Under the pieces are notes generated by a model. The model ran no database searches and had not been told where the DNA came from. It worked only from the letters and a program-made list of their open reading frames with translations. Of a stretch of DNA of 64,000 nucleotides, positions 20,930-31,209 are shown piece by piece (the stretch's first letter is position 1; each line of letters begins with the position of its first letter). The translations under genes were made by a program, and so were the position numbers. Origin of the DNA: Candidatus Hydrogenedentota bacterium. GTDB taxonomy: Bacteria; Hydrogenedentota; Hydrogenedentia; Hydrogenedentales; SLHB01. The stretch is from NCBI GenBank assembly GCA_045863295.1, contig BTWA01000007.1, forward strand, positions 104,469 through 168,468, in the 5' to 3' direction.

Positions 20930-23900
20930 TCAGTTCGTTGCTGGGACCGTCGAATCTGTTTCACGCTTTGGGGGGCGCCGGAAACGGAATTCGCTGATTC
21001 CCTGGATGATGACGAAAAACAGCGGCACGAAGAACACGGCAAGAAACGTCGCCGCTATCATGCCACCCATGACGCCGGTTCCAATGGAGTGCCGGCCCGC
21101 GGCGCCGGCGCCCTCGCTTATGGCCAGCGGCAACACACCGAGAATGAAAGCCAGCGAAGTCATCACGATGGGACGCAAGCGAAGCCTGGAGGCTTCCACA
21201 GCAGCCTCCACGATACCCTTTCCTTGTGCGCGAAGCACGGAGCAAAACTCAACGATGAGGATGGCGTTCTTTGCGGCGAGTCCAATCAAGGTCAACAGTC
21301 CTATTTGAAAATAGATGTCGCGCTCGAGGCCACGCAGGTATACCGCCAACACAGCGCCAAATACGCCACAGGGCACAGCGAGCAAAACGGCGAACGGCAT
21401 GCTCCATTTTTCGTATTGCGCTGCCAATACGAGAAAGACCACGATCAGCCCGAACATGATAACGAAGGGCGCCTGGTTTCCGGCCTTGATCTCCTGGTAT
21501 GACGCTCCGCTCCATTCGAATCCATAACCCGGCGGCAGCGTTTCAGCGGCGATCTGCTTGATTTGTTCCGTGGCTTGGCCGGTACTGAATCCGGGGGCGG
21601 GGGACCCTGTTATTTGCACCGAAGGAAAGCTGTTGAATCGGCTCATTACGTTGGGCCCGGACCGGTATTGAATGTCGAGCACACTGGACAACTCGACCAT
21701 CTTTCCCGCGTTGCTTCTCACGAATATTTTTCGTATATCATCCGGGTGGGAGCGATATTGCGGCTCTGCCTGAAGCTGGACGCGATATATCCGGCCGTAT
21801 TTGTTGAAGTCGTTGACATACAGCGAGCCGAGGTAAGCCTGCAGCCCGTCAAAGATATTGGAGATTGGCAGGCCCATGGTCATGGCCCGTGTGCGGTCCA
21901 CGGTCACGAAGAGTTGGGGCTGTGACACGTTCAACACGCTGGATACCCCCATGAACATGGGATCCTGACGCAACTTACCCACGAATTCGTCCGTGACGGC
22001 GGCGAGCTTGCGTACATCGCTGATACCCCGGCTCTCCAATTGCATTTCGAATCCTGCTCGCAAACCGAGCCCGCGCACAGCGGGAGGATTGAATGCCAGT
22101 ACCAGGGCTTCCTGCATTCCCGCGAAGCGGCCGAATACGCGGCCGACAATGGCGTCTACATGATTCTCCGGGGCCATTCGCTCCGACCAATCCTTCAGAT
22201 TGACAAACATGGCGCCGGCACTTGTGCTTGCGGAGCGACCGGCCAGGAAGTCCTGTCCTCCGAGGGTAACGACCCGGGCGATTTCGGGTTGGTTCAGGAG
22301 GAAATCCTCCACCTGGCTCATTACGGCCTTTGTGCGTTGGAGCGAAGCGCCTTGCGGCAATGACACGACGACCATGAAATACCCCTGGTCTTCCTGGGGC
22401 ACGAACGCACTGGGGACGCGCTTGAACAGATCCGACGTAGCCCACAGGAGCACTGCGAAGAGGATAAGCGAGACAATGCCGAACTTGATTCCGAGACGTA
22501 CCGAGCGCGTATAGAGGCTTGTCAAGACTCCAAAGATGTTGTCAAACCACCGGAAGAAAAAAGTTTTCGTGTGATTCGGTTTAAGCAGTACGCGACAGAG
22601 CGCGGGGCTCAATGTCAATGCCACGAGGCCTGAAATGGCTACCGAGATGGCAATTGTGACGGCAAACTGTTTGTACATGACGCCGGTCAGGCCGCCGAGG
22701 AAAGCCACGGGCAAATAGACGGCAGAAAGCACGAGGACAATGGCAATGACGGGGCCTGTGACTTGATTCATGGCCTTGATGGTGGCTTCGCGCACGGGCA
22801 AATGTTCGTCGTGCATGATGCGTTCGACGTTTTCGACGACCACGATCGCGTCATCCACCACGATACCGATGGCGAGCACGAGGCCAAAGAGCGTAAGAGA
22901 GTTGATGGAGAATCCGAGGAGGAGCATGCCTGTAAATGTGCCGACGATGGCCACCGGGACGGCAATCAGGGGTATGATTGTGGCTCTCCAGCTTCCCAGA
23001 AACACGAAGACTACAAGAATGACCAGTATGACGGCCTCGAAAAAGGTTTTTGCGACTTCGTAGATGGACACATTGATGAATTTTGTGGTGTCGAACGGAA
23101 TATCGTATTGGACCCCTTTTGGGAACGCTGTTTGGAGGTTGTCGAGAGCTACCTTCAGGCCGTTCATTGAACTGAGGGCGTTAGCGCCGGGCTGCAGGAA
23201 CGCGAGTATGAATGCTGTCGGTTTTCCATTCAGCCGGCCAAAGGAATCGTAGCTCAGCGATCCCAATTCGACACGTCCGATATCACGGATCTTGATGATG
23301 GAACCGTCTTCGGTGGCTCGCAAGATGATGTCTTCAAACTGCTCAGGTTCGTCGAACCGGCCCTCGGTAATTACGGGAATGGTAAAGGAGATTTCGCCAC
23401 TCCCGGGTTCCGCGCCGATTCGTCCGGCGGCGTACAATCCGTTTTGTTCGCGAATCGCGTTGGCGACATCCGTGACGGTCAGTCCTTTTGCCGCCATTTT
23501 GTCGGGATCAATCCATATGCGCATGGAGTAGTCGCGCGCGCCGAACACGCTTACGTCGCCTATGCCAGGAACGCGTTTCAGGGAATCCAGCATATAGATG
23601 GTTGCGTAATTGCTTAGATAGAGGTCGTCGAACTGCGGGTCATCGGAATTCAAGGCGACGACGCAGAGGATATTATTCGAGCGTTTGATTACGGAAATGC
23701 CCTGGCGGATGACTTCCGCGGGCAACCGGGGTTCCGCACGTTTCAGTCGGTTTTGGGCTTCTACTGCCGCGATGTCCAAATCGGAGCCGATTTCGAAAGT
23801 CAGTGTGATTCCCAAGCTTCCGTCGTTGGCGCTTTGTGACTGGTAATAGAGCAGATTCTCAATGCCGCTCAATTCCTGTTCGATGGGTGCTGCGAGCGAT

Positions 23901-24079
23901 TCGGCCACGGTTTCCGCGTTGGCTCCGGGGTAGTGCGCCAGGATTTCGACGGTTGGGGGCGTAATCTCCGGTGACTGTTCCACGGGCAGAAAATACATCG
24001 AGGCGAGGCCGCACAACGTGATGATAATCGATAGCACGGATGCAAAAATGGGGCGATCGATGAAGAATTTGGAAATCAT
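20930..24079 (-). CDS. RND efflux permease (HAE1/AcrB family)
   Basis: FFIDRPIFA; GIVVDDAIVVVENVER; AKNAILIVEF; RLRPIVMTS. Confidence 0.97.
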   Translation of the reverse strand: MISKFFIDRPIFASVLSIIITLCGLASMYFLPVEQSPEITPPTVEILAHYPGANAETVAESLAAPIEQELSGIENLLYYQSQSANDGSLGITLTFEIGSDLDIAAVEAQNRLKRAEPRLPAEVIRQGISVIKRSNNILCVVALNSDDPQFDDLYLSNYATIYMLDSLKRVPGIGDVSVFGARDYSMRIWIDPDKMAAKGLTVTDVANAIREQNGLYAAGRIGAEPGSGEISFTIPVITEGRFDEPEQFEDIILRATEDGSIIKIRDIGRVELGSLSYDSFGRLNGKPTAFILAFLQPGANALSSMNGLKVALDNLQTAFPKGVQYDIPFDTTKFINVSIYEVAKTFFEAVILVILVVFVFLGSWRATIIPLIAVPVAIVGTFTGMLLLGFSINSLTLFGLVLAIGIVVDDAIVVVENVERIMHDEHLPVREATIKAMNQVTGPVIAIVLVLSAVYLPVAFLGGLTGVMYKQFAVTIAISVAISGLVALTLSPALCRVLLKPNHTKTFFFRWFDNIFGVLTSLYTRSVRLGIKFGIVSLILFAVLLWATSDLFKRVPSAFVPQEDQGYFMVVVSLPQGASLQRTKAVMSQVEDFLLNQPEIARVVTLGGQDFLAGRSASTSAGAMFVNLKDWSERMAPENHVDAIVGRVFGRFAGMQEALVLAFNPPAVRGLGLRAGFEMQLESRGISDVRKLAAVTDEFVGKLRQDPMFMGVSSVLNVSQPQLFVTVDRTRAMTMGLPISNIFDGLQAYLGSLYVNDFNKYGRIYRVQLQAEPQYRSHPDDIRKIFVRSNAGKMVELSSVLDIQYRSGPNVMSRFNSFPSVQITGSPAPGFSTGQATEQIKQIAAETLPPGYGFEWSGASYQEIKAGNQAPFVIMFGLIVVFLVLAAQYEKWSMPFAVLLAVPCGVFGAVLAVYLRGLERDIYFQIGLLTLIGLAAKNAILIVEFCSVLRAQGKGIVEAAVEASRLRLRPIVMTSLAFILGVLPLAISEGAGAAGRHSIGTGVMGGMIAATFLAVFFVPLFFVIIQGISEFRFRRPPKRETDSTVPATN

Positions 24080-24088
24080 ACCTGCGCC

Positions 24089-25243
24089 TTACTCCGCGTC
24101 GGTATTGCTGGAAGTTTGCATGGTTTTGACGGGATTGACCACGATTCCGGGCTGCACTTTCATCAATCCTTCCACGATCACCTTTTCGCCTTCAGCAAGG
24201 CCATCGTCGATGATCCAATCCTGGCCAACCCATGCCCCCGGTTTGACGGAGCGAAACTCGGCTTTGTTTCCTTCCGCGACGACATAGACATAGGCGCCTT
24301 GTGGTGATTGGCTCACGGCGCGCTGGGGTATGGCAATGGTTCCGGGCCTCTGCCAGCCACGGATATGGGCTCGGACAAATTGTCCCGGTTTGAGTGTATG
24401 TTCTGCGTTTCTAAAGGTGCCTCGAATTTCTACCGAACCTGAATCGAGATCTACAGACGTGGATTCGAAATCAATTGTTCCTTTTTCGGTATAGACCGTT
24501 CCATCGAGCAATGTAATTTCGAGATAGGGTTTTTCGTCGCCTGCGAGGATAATGCGCCCCGTTGCTTCGTCGTTTCTCATGCTCAGGTATTCGCGTTCAC
24601 TGACTTGAAAACTCACGTAGATTGGGTCTACCTGGTGCATGACGGTGAGCAGGCTGTTTTGAGATGCGTCGACAAGGCTGCCGATTTCTTTTTGAGCTTT
24701 TCCGACATATCCTTTCAACGGCGCGGAGATGACGGTATATCCGAGTTCCAATTCGGCCTTGGCCAATTGGGCTTTAGCGAGTTTAAGCGATGCAGCCGCA
24801 TCTGATTGATCGGCGAGTTGACGGTCCAAATCGCTTTCCGCAATGGCGCCCGGCACATTTACCGATTGGAGCCGTTTTACTTCCTGTTCCGCCAACTTTA
24901 CGCGGGTCTGTGCCTGATCCACGCGCGCGGCGGCAATTTGTTTATCGGCTTCAAACGGCCTTTGGTCGATAGTGAAAAGCTTTGTGCCTTCTTCGATCAG
25001 TGCGCCTTCCTCAAAATCGCGGGATTCGAGAAAACCTTGAACCCGGGCTCTGATTTCAACCGTTTTGGACGCTTCCGTCACACCCACGTATTCGTATGAA
25101 ACCGGCAGTGTTTTTGCGTTGATTTCAATAACGGTTACGTCGGGCGGGGGCATTTGACCCGGAGGTCCTTGCGCATGGAGCGCTGGAGCCGCGAGCCACG
25201 CGACGAGGGCACAAAAGGCAAGTATCTGTGGTTTGGTTTGCAT
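24089..25243 (-). CDS. RND periplasmic adaptor (MFP, AcrA family)
   Basis: EIRARVQGFL; ISAPLKG; LKPGQFV; IPQRAV. Lies directly upstream of the permease. Confidence 0.95.
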   Translation of the reverse strand: MQTKPQILAFCALVAWLAAPALHAQGPPGQMPPPDVTVIEINAKTLPVSYEYVGVTEASKTVEIRARVQGFLESRDFEEGALIEEGTKLFTIDQRPFEADKQIAAARVDQAQTRVKLAEQEVKRLQSVNVPGAIAESDLDRQLADQSDAAASLKLAKAQLAKAELELGYTVISAPLKGYVGKAQKEIGSLVDASQNSLLTVMHQVDPIYVSFQVSEREYLSMRNDEATGRIILAGDEKPYLEITLLDGTVYTEKGTIDFESTSVDLDSGSVEIRGTFRNAEHTLKPGQFVRAHIRGWQRPGTIAIPQRAVSQSPQGAYVYVVAEGNKAEFRSVKPGAWVGQDWIIDDGLAEGEKVIVEGLMKVQPGIVVNPVKTMQTSSNTDAE

Positions 25244-25360
25244 GTTCCGCTGGTCCTTACTTCTTGCTCAGCGATTTCCGCGGCGGGCGCCTGATATACA
25301 TCACATATGCACACCTGACCGAACACGCTTGCAGCACTATTCCAAGAGAGAGCGATGGGA

Positions 25361-25903
25361 TTACGATACGTTATCGGCCATGTGCAGCAACTCGTCCACC
25401 AGCTTTTTGCGTTGTTCGTGGCTGAATGGAGATACCTGGAGAAGTTCCATCAAGAAGAGCCCATCCGCTGCCAACAACAACAACGCCTTGCGTTCAAACA
25501 TTTCTGCAGGCGACTTGTGGCCTTCGAACCGCTTTTCGTTGTATTCACGCACTGTGCTCATGAGCTGCGGCTCATTCGCGATAGCGGCGAGCATGGCCGC
25601 ACTGACGCGGTCGTCCGAATCCCGGCCGAGAAGGAGCGAAATGAGTTCCGCCTTCACTGCCCGGCTTGGTGTCTCGGGCAGGGATTGCAGGGTGGTTTCG
25701 CGTCGCGCATAGCTATGATTAATCAGACGCGCGATCATGCCTACGTGAAGCGCTTCTTTTGTAGGGAAGTGGTATAAGACGCCACCTTTGCTCACGCCCG
25801 CTTTTTCGGCGACTGCGTCCAAGGTGAGCCGAGCCGCGCCACCTTCCATCACTACGGCCTCCGCAGCGTCGAGGATCAGGTCTTTGCAACTGGGTCGTGG
25901 CAT
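25361..25903 (-). CDS. TetR/AcrR family regulator
   Basis: ILDAAEAVV...LTLDAVAEKAGVSKGGVLYHFPTKEAL HTH; LAADGLF. Confidence 0.95.
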   Translation of the reverse strand: MPRPSCKDLILDAAEAVVMEGGAARLTLDAVAEKAGVSKGGVLYHFPTKEALHVGMIARLINHSYARRETTLQSLPETPSRAVKAELISLLLGRDSDDRVSAAMLAAIANEPQLMSTVREYNEKRFEGHKSPAEMFERKALLLLAADGLFLMELLQVSPFSHEQRKKLVDELLHMADNVS

Positions 25904-25921
25904 TTATGGGCACTCTGTAAC

Positions 25922-25941
25922 TATACCATCCGGACGGTATA
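25922..25941. promoter_or_regulatory. Probable TetR operator TATACCATCCGGACGGTATA
   Basis: 20-bp near-perfect palindrome 18 bp upstream of the TetR start, overlapping a -10 box. Confidence 0.75.
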
Positions 25942-25968
25942 CTAACTTTTACGTGTACTGCCTGTCAA
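25939..25968 (-). promoter_or_regulatory. Sigma70-type promoter of the tetR-RND operon (TTGACA-N18-TAGTAT)
   Basis: Consensus -35 at 25963-25968 and TAGTAT at 25939-25944 on the minus strand. Confidence 0.65.
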
Positions 25969-26003
25969 GTAATTGATTTATTGGGAGACGGTGCGGAAGA
26001 CGG

Positions 26004-26044
26004 CCACAGGGTGGAACGACCCTTTCGGTCGTTCCACCCTGTGG
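26004..26044 (-). terminator. Strong hairpin after the HEAT-repeat gene
   Basis: Perfect 18-bp inverted repeat CCACAGGGTGGAACGACC / GGTCGTTCCACCCTGTGG with a 5-nt loop, 20 bp past the stop. The U-tract is weak. Confidence 0.7.
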
Positions 26045-26064
26045 GAACTACGCTGGTTGTGCGG

Positions 26065-28011
26065 TCAGCCGCCGAGGCTGGTCAGGGTTCGTTGTGCTCT
26101 GTCTTTGATGCCTTCGTTGGTGGCTTTTCCCATCACGGCCTTCAGCGCTTCAATTGCGGGCGCTTTGCCGGCCTCCTGCTTGCCCAGTTCCGACGCGGCG
26201 CTCACAATGGCTGCTGCGGCCTCGTTTTGCACCGCCGGGTCATCCAAGTAGGGCTTCAATGCGTCCAGGGATCCCGGAGTGGGCAATGTACCCCATGCGC
26301 CGAGGACGAGCCATTTTTCCTCGGTTTTGGAAGCAATTCCCGTTGCCGTGGTCAGCATTTCGGCTTTCTTTGCGAGATCGGCCTCGGACCTCGCCAGGCG
26401 TACGTATCCACGAAGACCCAGGTCTTTTCGGGATGCATTGTCGCCCTGTGCCAGAGCGAGCAGGTGAGGAGCCGCTTCTGCGTTCGGCCAATCCGCCAAT
26501 ACACGGGCCGCCTCGTCGCTCAAGGATGCATCCGCATCTCCGAGCGCCGTGACGACAGCTTCAAGCGCTTTCGGGCTCCCTATGCGATTCAATGCGGCCA
26601 GGATCGCCACACGGGTCGATGGAGACGTAGACGCCATGGAAGCGAGCAGTGCGGGCAGGACTTCGTCTCCGTAACTTCGGCTGATGGCATCCACGGCCTG
26701 TGCGGCTGCTCCGCGTTCGGCATCGTCTTTCGCGGCTTCCAATGTAGCGAGAATTGCCGGCATATCCTCCTTGCTTCCCAATACGGTCAAGGTTTTCAAC
26801 GAAGCGAAGCGAACGTCCGCATCCGCGTCCTTTATGTTTGCCGCGGCGAGTCCAGCCGCCTGAGGCGCCATGCGCCGGCCCAACAATTCAATGACGGGTG
26901 CTTTGACCTCGGCGGAGGATGAAGCGACTGTGGCTGCCAATGCGGCATCGGCTTCCGCGCCTTTTAATTTGGTGAGTGCCTGCATGGCCAAGTCGGCGAC
27001 CGTCTTATCGGGCGATGCGAGCAGTGCCGCAAGTGCGACGACGTCATCGGCATTGGCGAGTTTTCCGACGGCCTGAAATGCTGCGGCCTGGATGGCCTTG
27101 TCGTCGCTGCCGAGGAGTTCGAGGATGGTTTCACGCGCGGCCGGATCCTGGCGGTCGCCGAGACCCCGAATCAGCGCGGCCTGACCACCGGGCGGCAACG
27201 TGGGTAGTGTAGCCAGCAAGGCGCTGGTTGGCACGGAGCCGTCGGTTTTTTCTGAGACAATTTGCGCGGCCAGATCCCGGAAGACGGGGTCGTTACCGGC
27301 CAACGCCGCAATCAGGCGTTTTGGCGCTTGTTTTGGCCGCGTATCCATAACTGCTCGAAACGCGCCGGTCCGTACATACTCGGGTTCGCTTTCCGCGAGC
27401 AGCGCCTTCAGCACCGGCATGGCCGCCTTGGGATTGCCGTCCGCGGCGAGTTGTTGTGCGGCTGCGAGCAATCCTTCGGCCAGCGGTGTGGACAGCGCAT
27501 CCGCAGCGTTTTCTTTCACCGCCATCAGCGCCTTTGCTGCTTCTTCCGTGCCGATCCGGCCGAGTGCGCCGGCCGCTGATCGAGCGATTTCGGCATCCGC
27601 GTCGTTCAGAAGCTGTGCCAGCATCGAAGCGGCCTTGGCGTCCCGCCGCTCACCTAGCGAAATAATCACACCTGCCTTGTGGAGTCCGGTTGTAGAGGCC
27701 AGCGCATCACGCAGGGCCTGGTCGACTTCCGGATAGGGCATGGGTTCCAGGGCGTTGCGCGCTGCGTGGCCCAGTTTCTCCACGTTGAGCAGGGCCGCGA
27801 GGGCAGGTACGGACTTGGCGGTGCCCACGACCTGCAACGCGCGGCATGCCTCGAATTTGGCTTGCCATGCGGCATCACTCTGCAGCACGGCTATGAGTTC
27901 GTCTTCGTTGCCCGTATACTGGGCGAACGCAGCTGAGGCCAGAGCCGCTGTCAACAGCATGGCCAGCCCCGCCGATCGCATGAGGGTGCAAGACCCAAGT
28001 ATCCCCTTCAT
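26065..28011 (-). CDS. Secreted HEAT-repeat (PBS lyase-like) protein
   Basis: Signal peptide (AFA); Ala/Leu-rich repeats (SVPALAALL, AAGALGRIGT, AARVLADWP); LRGYVRL. Confidence 0.88.
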   Translation of the reverse strand: MKGILGSCTLMRSAGLAMLLTAALASAAFAQYTGNEDELIAVLQSDAAWQAKFEACRALQVVGTAKSVPALAALLNVEKLGHAARNALEPMPYPEVDQALRDALASTTGLHKAGVIISLGERRDAKAASMLAQLLNDADAEIARSAAGALGRIGTEEAAKALMAVKENAADALSTPLAEGLLAAAQQLAADGNPKAAMPVLKALLAESEPEYVRTGAFRAVMDTRPKQAPKRLIAALAGNDPVFRDLAAQIVSEKTDGSVPTSALLATLPTLPPGGQAALIRGLGDRQDPAARETILELLGSDDKAIQAAAFQAVGKLANADDVVALAALLASPDKTVADLAMQALTKLKGAEADAALAATVASSSAEVKAPVIELLGRRMAPQAAGLAAANIKDADADVRFASLKTLTVLGSKEDMPAILATLEAAKDDAERGAAAQAVDAISRSYGDEVLPALLASMASTSPSTRVAILAALNRIGSPKALEAVVTALGDADASLSDEAARVLADWPNAEAAPHLLALAQGDNASRKDLGLRGYVRLARSEADLAKKAEMLTTATGIASKTEEKWLVLGAWGTLPTPGSLDALKPYLDDPAVQNEAAAAIVSAASELGKQEAGKAPAIEALKAVMGKATNEGIKDRAQRTLTSLGG

Positions 28012-28057
28012 CGTTCCACCTTTCTATCGAATGCCCGTTTTCTTGAATGGTCCGGTT

Positions 28058-28423
28058 CTATCTCATGGATTGGTCAAACGTCAGCCGGTTGCCAAACGGA
28101 TCGACAACCTCGACGCAAATGGAATTCCATGGCGTATTGCCAATGCCCGGCTTCATGTATGGGTTGGTCCGAGCATTCCATTCTGTGTGCAAAGCCTTTG
28201 CATCGTTCACACGAATGAACACCCTCGCTCCGGGAGAGCAATCGCCGTAATGCTCGGTCAGATGCAGAGTGCATGCATCTCTTGTCACTTGCATGTACCT
28301 CGGCGCGACCCCTTCAAACTGATGTTCCCATTCCAAAGCGAATCCCAGCCAATCGATGTAAAACGACTTTGCCATTGCATGGTCAAAGACTCGCAAAATG
28401 GGTATGGGCGCCATCAAGTTCAT
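28058..28423 (-). CDS. Glyoxalase/bleomycin-resistance (VOC) family protein
   Basis: PIPILRVFD...AKSFYIDWLGF...WEH; LHLTEHYGD; DPFGNRLTF. Confidence 0.9.
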   Translation of the reverse strand: MNLMAPIPILRVFDHAMAKSFYIDWLGFALEWEHQFEGVAPRYMQVTRDACTLHLTEHYGDCSPGARVFIRVNDAKALHTEWNARTNPYMKPGIGNTPWNSICVEVVDPFGNRLTFDQSMR

Positions 28424-28441
28424 GATTCAGAAACCACTTTC

Positions 28442-29722
28442 CTACAGGTACCACGGTTCGCGGTATGCGCGTGACCGGAGCCGGTTTCCTTCGTCGTCTC
28501 CAATACATTCTTCCTTGACCGGGTCCCATTTGATGGGGCGGCCGAGGCGTTTGCAGATATTGGCGACGTGGCATGACGAGATGGACCGATGCGCCACTTC
28601 TCCGTTTGAAATACATTCGGTTCGAGTTTTCACGCAATCGAGAAACGCTCGAATGTGATTATCCGGCGGATAGCCTCCTTCAAAGCCCCGGTTGCCGAGC
28701 AGCGATTTAGGATAGGTTTCCACGATGCCGTCGTCGCCGGTTTCGACCCAGCCCTCGGTACCTTCGAATCGCACCGGGCAGGAGCCGAAGCGTAAACCGG
28801 TGCGAATGACCAGCTTTACGCCATTGGCGTAGCGGCCGCAATACCGGTCGCCTTCTTTCCAATACTCGATGGGGCTGGTATCGTCGGCGTTGTTTGCCCA
28901 TTGGCACAGGTCCACGGTATGGCTTCCCCATTCACAGATGGACGCGCCGCTGAAGTCGACGTGATTGCTCCAGAAACCGCGTGTCGGATATTTGGCATTG
29001 TAGGGACGCCATGCGGCCGGCCCCAGCCAGCGGTTCCAGTCAAACACTTCCTTGGGCGGCTCTGGTTCTTCGGGCAGCACTTCGTAGTTGAACGTTTGCC
29101 ATCCGCCCGCCTCTTCTGCATGAACTTCCTTTAATTCGCCCAGCTTTCCGCTACGGGCCAGTTCGCACGCGAAAATAAAGTTACCGATGCTTCTCCGTTG
29201 CGTTCCGCACTGGAAGATGCGTCCGAGGCGTTTCATGGTATCGGCCACCGCGCGCGATTCGGTAATGCACACACTCAATGGCTTTTCACAATACATATCC
29301 TTGCCTGCACGCGCGGCCATGATAGATACGCCGGAGTGCCAATTGTCGCCGGTGGCAATCAAGCACGCATCAATGTCTTTCCGGTCCAGCAATTCCATCA
29401 TGTCGATGTAGGCTTTGCAGTCCTGATTGCCGTACGTTTGATTGACGTGGTTCTTTCCGCCCTCACGCCGATCTCCGAACGAGTCGCATACGGCGACCAC
29501 TTGCACATCCGGCTGAGCCATGAACGCGCGCATAACGCCTTGGCCGCGTCCCCCCAGGCCGATGACGCCCAGCGTAATTCGTTCGCTGGCCGCCGCCCGG
29601 TCCGCGGCCCCCAACGCTTTTGAGGTGATGACGGTCGGTGCGGCCACCACGCTTCCTGCTGCCACGGCCGCGCCTTTTAGAAAGCGCCGCCGTGTCCAAT
29701 TCGCTGCTTGAATCTTTTTCAC
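28442..29722 (-). CDS. Tat-exported Gfo/Idh/MocA oxidoreductase
   Basis: TRRRFLK; IGLGGRG; YCEKP; QCGTQRRS; WGSHTVD; YREPW. GTG start after AGGGAAGGAA. Confidence 0.92.
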   Translation of the reverse strand: MKKIQAANWTRRRFLKGAAVAAGSVVAAPTVITSKALGAADRAAASERITLGVIGLGGRGQGVMRAFMAQPDVQVVAVCDSFGDRREGGKNHVNQTYGNQDCKAYIDMMELLDRKDIDACLIATGDNWHSGVSIMAARAGKDMYCEKPLSVCITESRAVADTMKRLGRIFQCGTQRRSIGNFIFACELARSGKLGELKEVHAEEAGGWQTFNYEVLPEEPEPPKEVFDWNRWLGPAAWRPYNAKYPTRGFWSNHVDFSGASICEWGSHTVDLCQWANNADDTSPIEYWKEGDRYCGRYANGVKLVIRTGLRFGSCPVRFEGTEGWVETGDDGIVETYPKSLLGNRGFEGGYPPDNHIRAFLDCVKTRTECISNGEVAHRSISSCHVANICKRLGRPIKWDPVKEECIGDDEGNRLRSRAYREPWYL

Positions 29723-29981
29723 GATTCCTTCCCTCATGTTGCACCCGTTACTTCGGTGTCCAAAGCTCCCCGCCATGGATGCCCAAACATGTCTTTAACA
29801 GTACTCCTTCCCGAGCGGCCGTGTAAATGCCGCAACTTGCCATGGCTTCACCTTGTTTGGACGGGACTGGAGGGGTATAGTGAGCTTGGAAGGGCGGGTA
29901 GCCAAAGTTGGATTCTGCGTATCATGAAAGGAGTCCCTGACGTCGAGTCTCCCTGAGATTAGCCATCGCGGAATTGCCGTA

Positions 29982-30698
29982 GTGTCGTTCGCGGTTGTCT
30001 ACGGTGTATTGACCCACTTCATCTTTGCGGTTGCCGTGACGGTAATGAGTATTGGGCTTTACACTGGACTGAGTTCAGGTTGGGGACGACTTGACGGCTG
30101 GCTTGCCGTGTTGGCCAATCTGCTTCTCCTTGTTCAGTTTCCGATAGTACATTCGTATTTGCTTTCCACGCAGGGCCGTAAAGTATTGTCCCGATTGTCG
30201 CCCATGCGACTTGGAGCGGACCTTGCGCCTACCAGTTTTGTTTTATTTGCCAGTCTTCAACTTATCATGACATTTGTTTTGTGGTCGCCAAGCGGGGTGG
30301 TTTTAGGGGGCAACGAATTCGAAAGATGGTTGTTTCGCGCGTTCTTTGTTGGAAGTTGGATTTTCTTATTGAAAAGCTTGGCCGATGCCGGGCTCGGTCT
30401 GCAGACGGGTTACATCGGTTGGGTATCCGTAGCCCGCGGCAAACCTGTCGACTATGGCGCGTTTCCCACTAGCGGATTGTTTCGCTTTTGCCGCCATCCG
30501 GTTTATTTGGGATTTGCGCTGGTATTGTGGACGGCGCCTGTCCATACCTTCGATGGACTTTTGCTTGCCGTTATTTGGTCCGCCTATTGTGTCATCGCGC
30601 CGCGATTTAAAGAAGAACGCTATCTCAAGTGGCACGGCGATTCCTATCGCCTTTATCGAGACTCCGTACCCTATATGATCCCACGATTCCGCGGGTGA
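29982..30698 (+). CDS. Isoprenylcysteine-carboxyl-methyltransferase superfamily membrane protein (NnrU/nurim/MddA-like)
   Basis: Multi-TM; VHS; GLFRFCRHPVYLGF; EERYL; YRDSVP. Confidence 0.8.
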   Translation: MSFAVVYGVLTHFIFAVAVTVMSIGLYTGLSSGWGRLDGWLAVLANLLLLVQFPIVHSYLLSTQGRKVLSRLSPMRLGADLAPTSFVLFASLQLIMTFVLWSPSGVVLGGNEFERWLFRAFFVGSWIFLLKSLADAGLGLQTGYIGWVSVARGKPVDYGAFPTSGLFRFCRHPVYLGFALVLWTAPVHTFDGLLLAVIWSAYCVIAPRFKEERYLKWHGDSYRLYRDSVPYMIPRFRG

Positions 30699-30702
30699 CG
30701 CG

Positions 30703-31209
30703 CTACCGCATTCCCTGTATTTTCCGGACTTCATCTACAAAACCATGCGGACACTCTGGCGTCACAACGAAGGTGCGATGCAAGGTGCGGATAACGACGG
30801 ATTTGGATGGATTCGTCGCGTAGGCTCGGTAGGTACCCAGCCTCTTGTTGCGGAATAGACCGGAGAAACAGAACAATCCCCCATTGCCCCATAGGCGGAT
30901 GGATCGCGTCATGGCTTCCGGGTCGGCTTCAACAGAAGTCAATTCGCTTGTGTCGATAGTAGAATGCCAACCGAGACGCCTTATCAGAATTGCGTTCTTG
31001 GTGAGCTTGTAGCCGCGTATAACAAAGATTGCGCAGGAAACGACAGTAGCCATCGGCAGGAGCACCATGACTGCCATCCAGGCTGGGTTGCTGCGGGGCC
31101 CCGAGAAGGTCGCTATAAGTGGAATGCCCACCAGTAATGCGGTAGAGAGTGTGGAAATTAGTTTAAGCGCTGTACTCCAGGGTGCCGCGTACTCGACCGG
31201 TTTTTCCAT
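30703..31209 (-). CDS. Bacterial PH-domain membrane protein
   Basis: Two TM helices, then SIRLWGNGGLFCFSGLF and VVTP. Confidence 0.8.
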   Translation of the reverse strand: MEKPVEYAAPWSTALKLISTLSTALLVGIPLIATFSGPRSNPAWMAVMVLLPMATVVSCAIFVIRGYKLTKNAILIRRLGWHSTIDTSELTSVEADPEAMTRSIRLWGNGGLFCFSGLFRNKRLGTYRAYATNPSKSVVIRTLHRTFVVTPECPHGFVDEVRKIQGMR

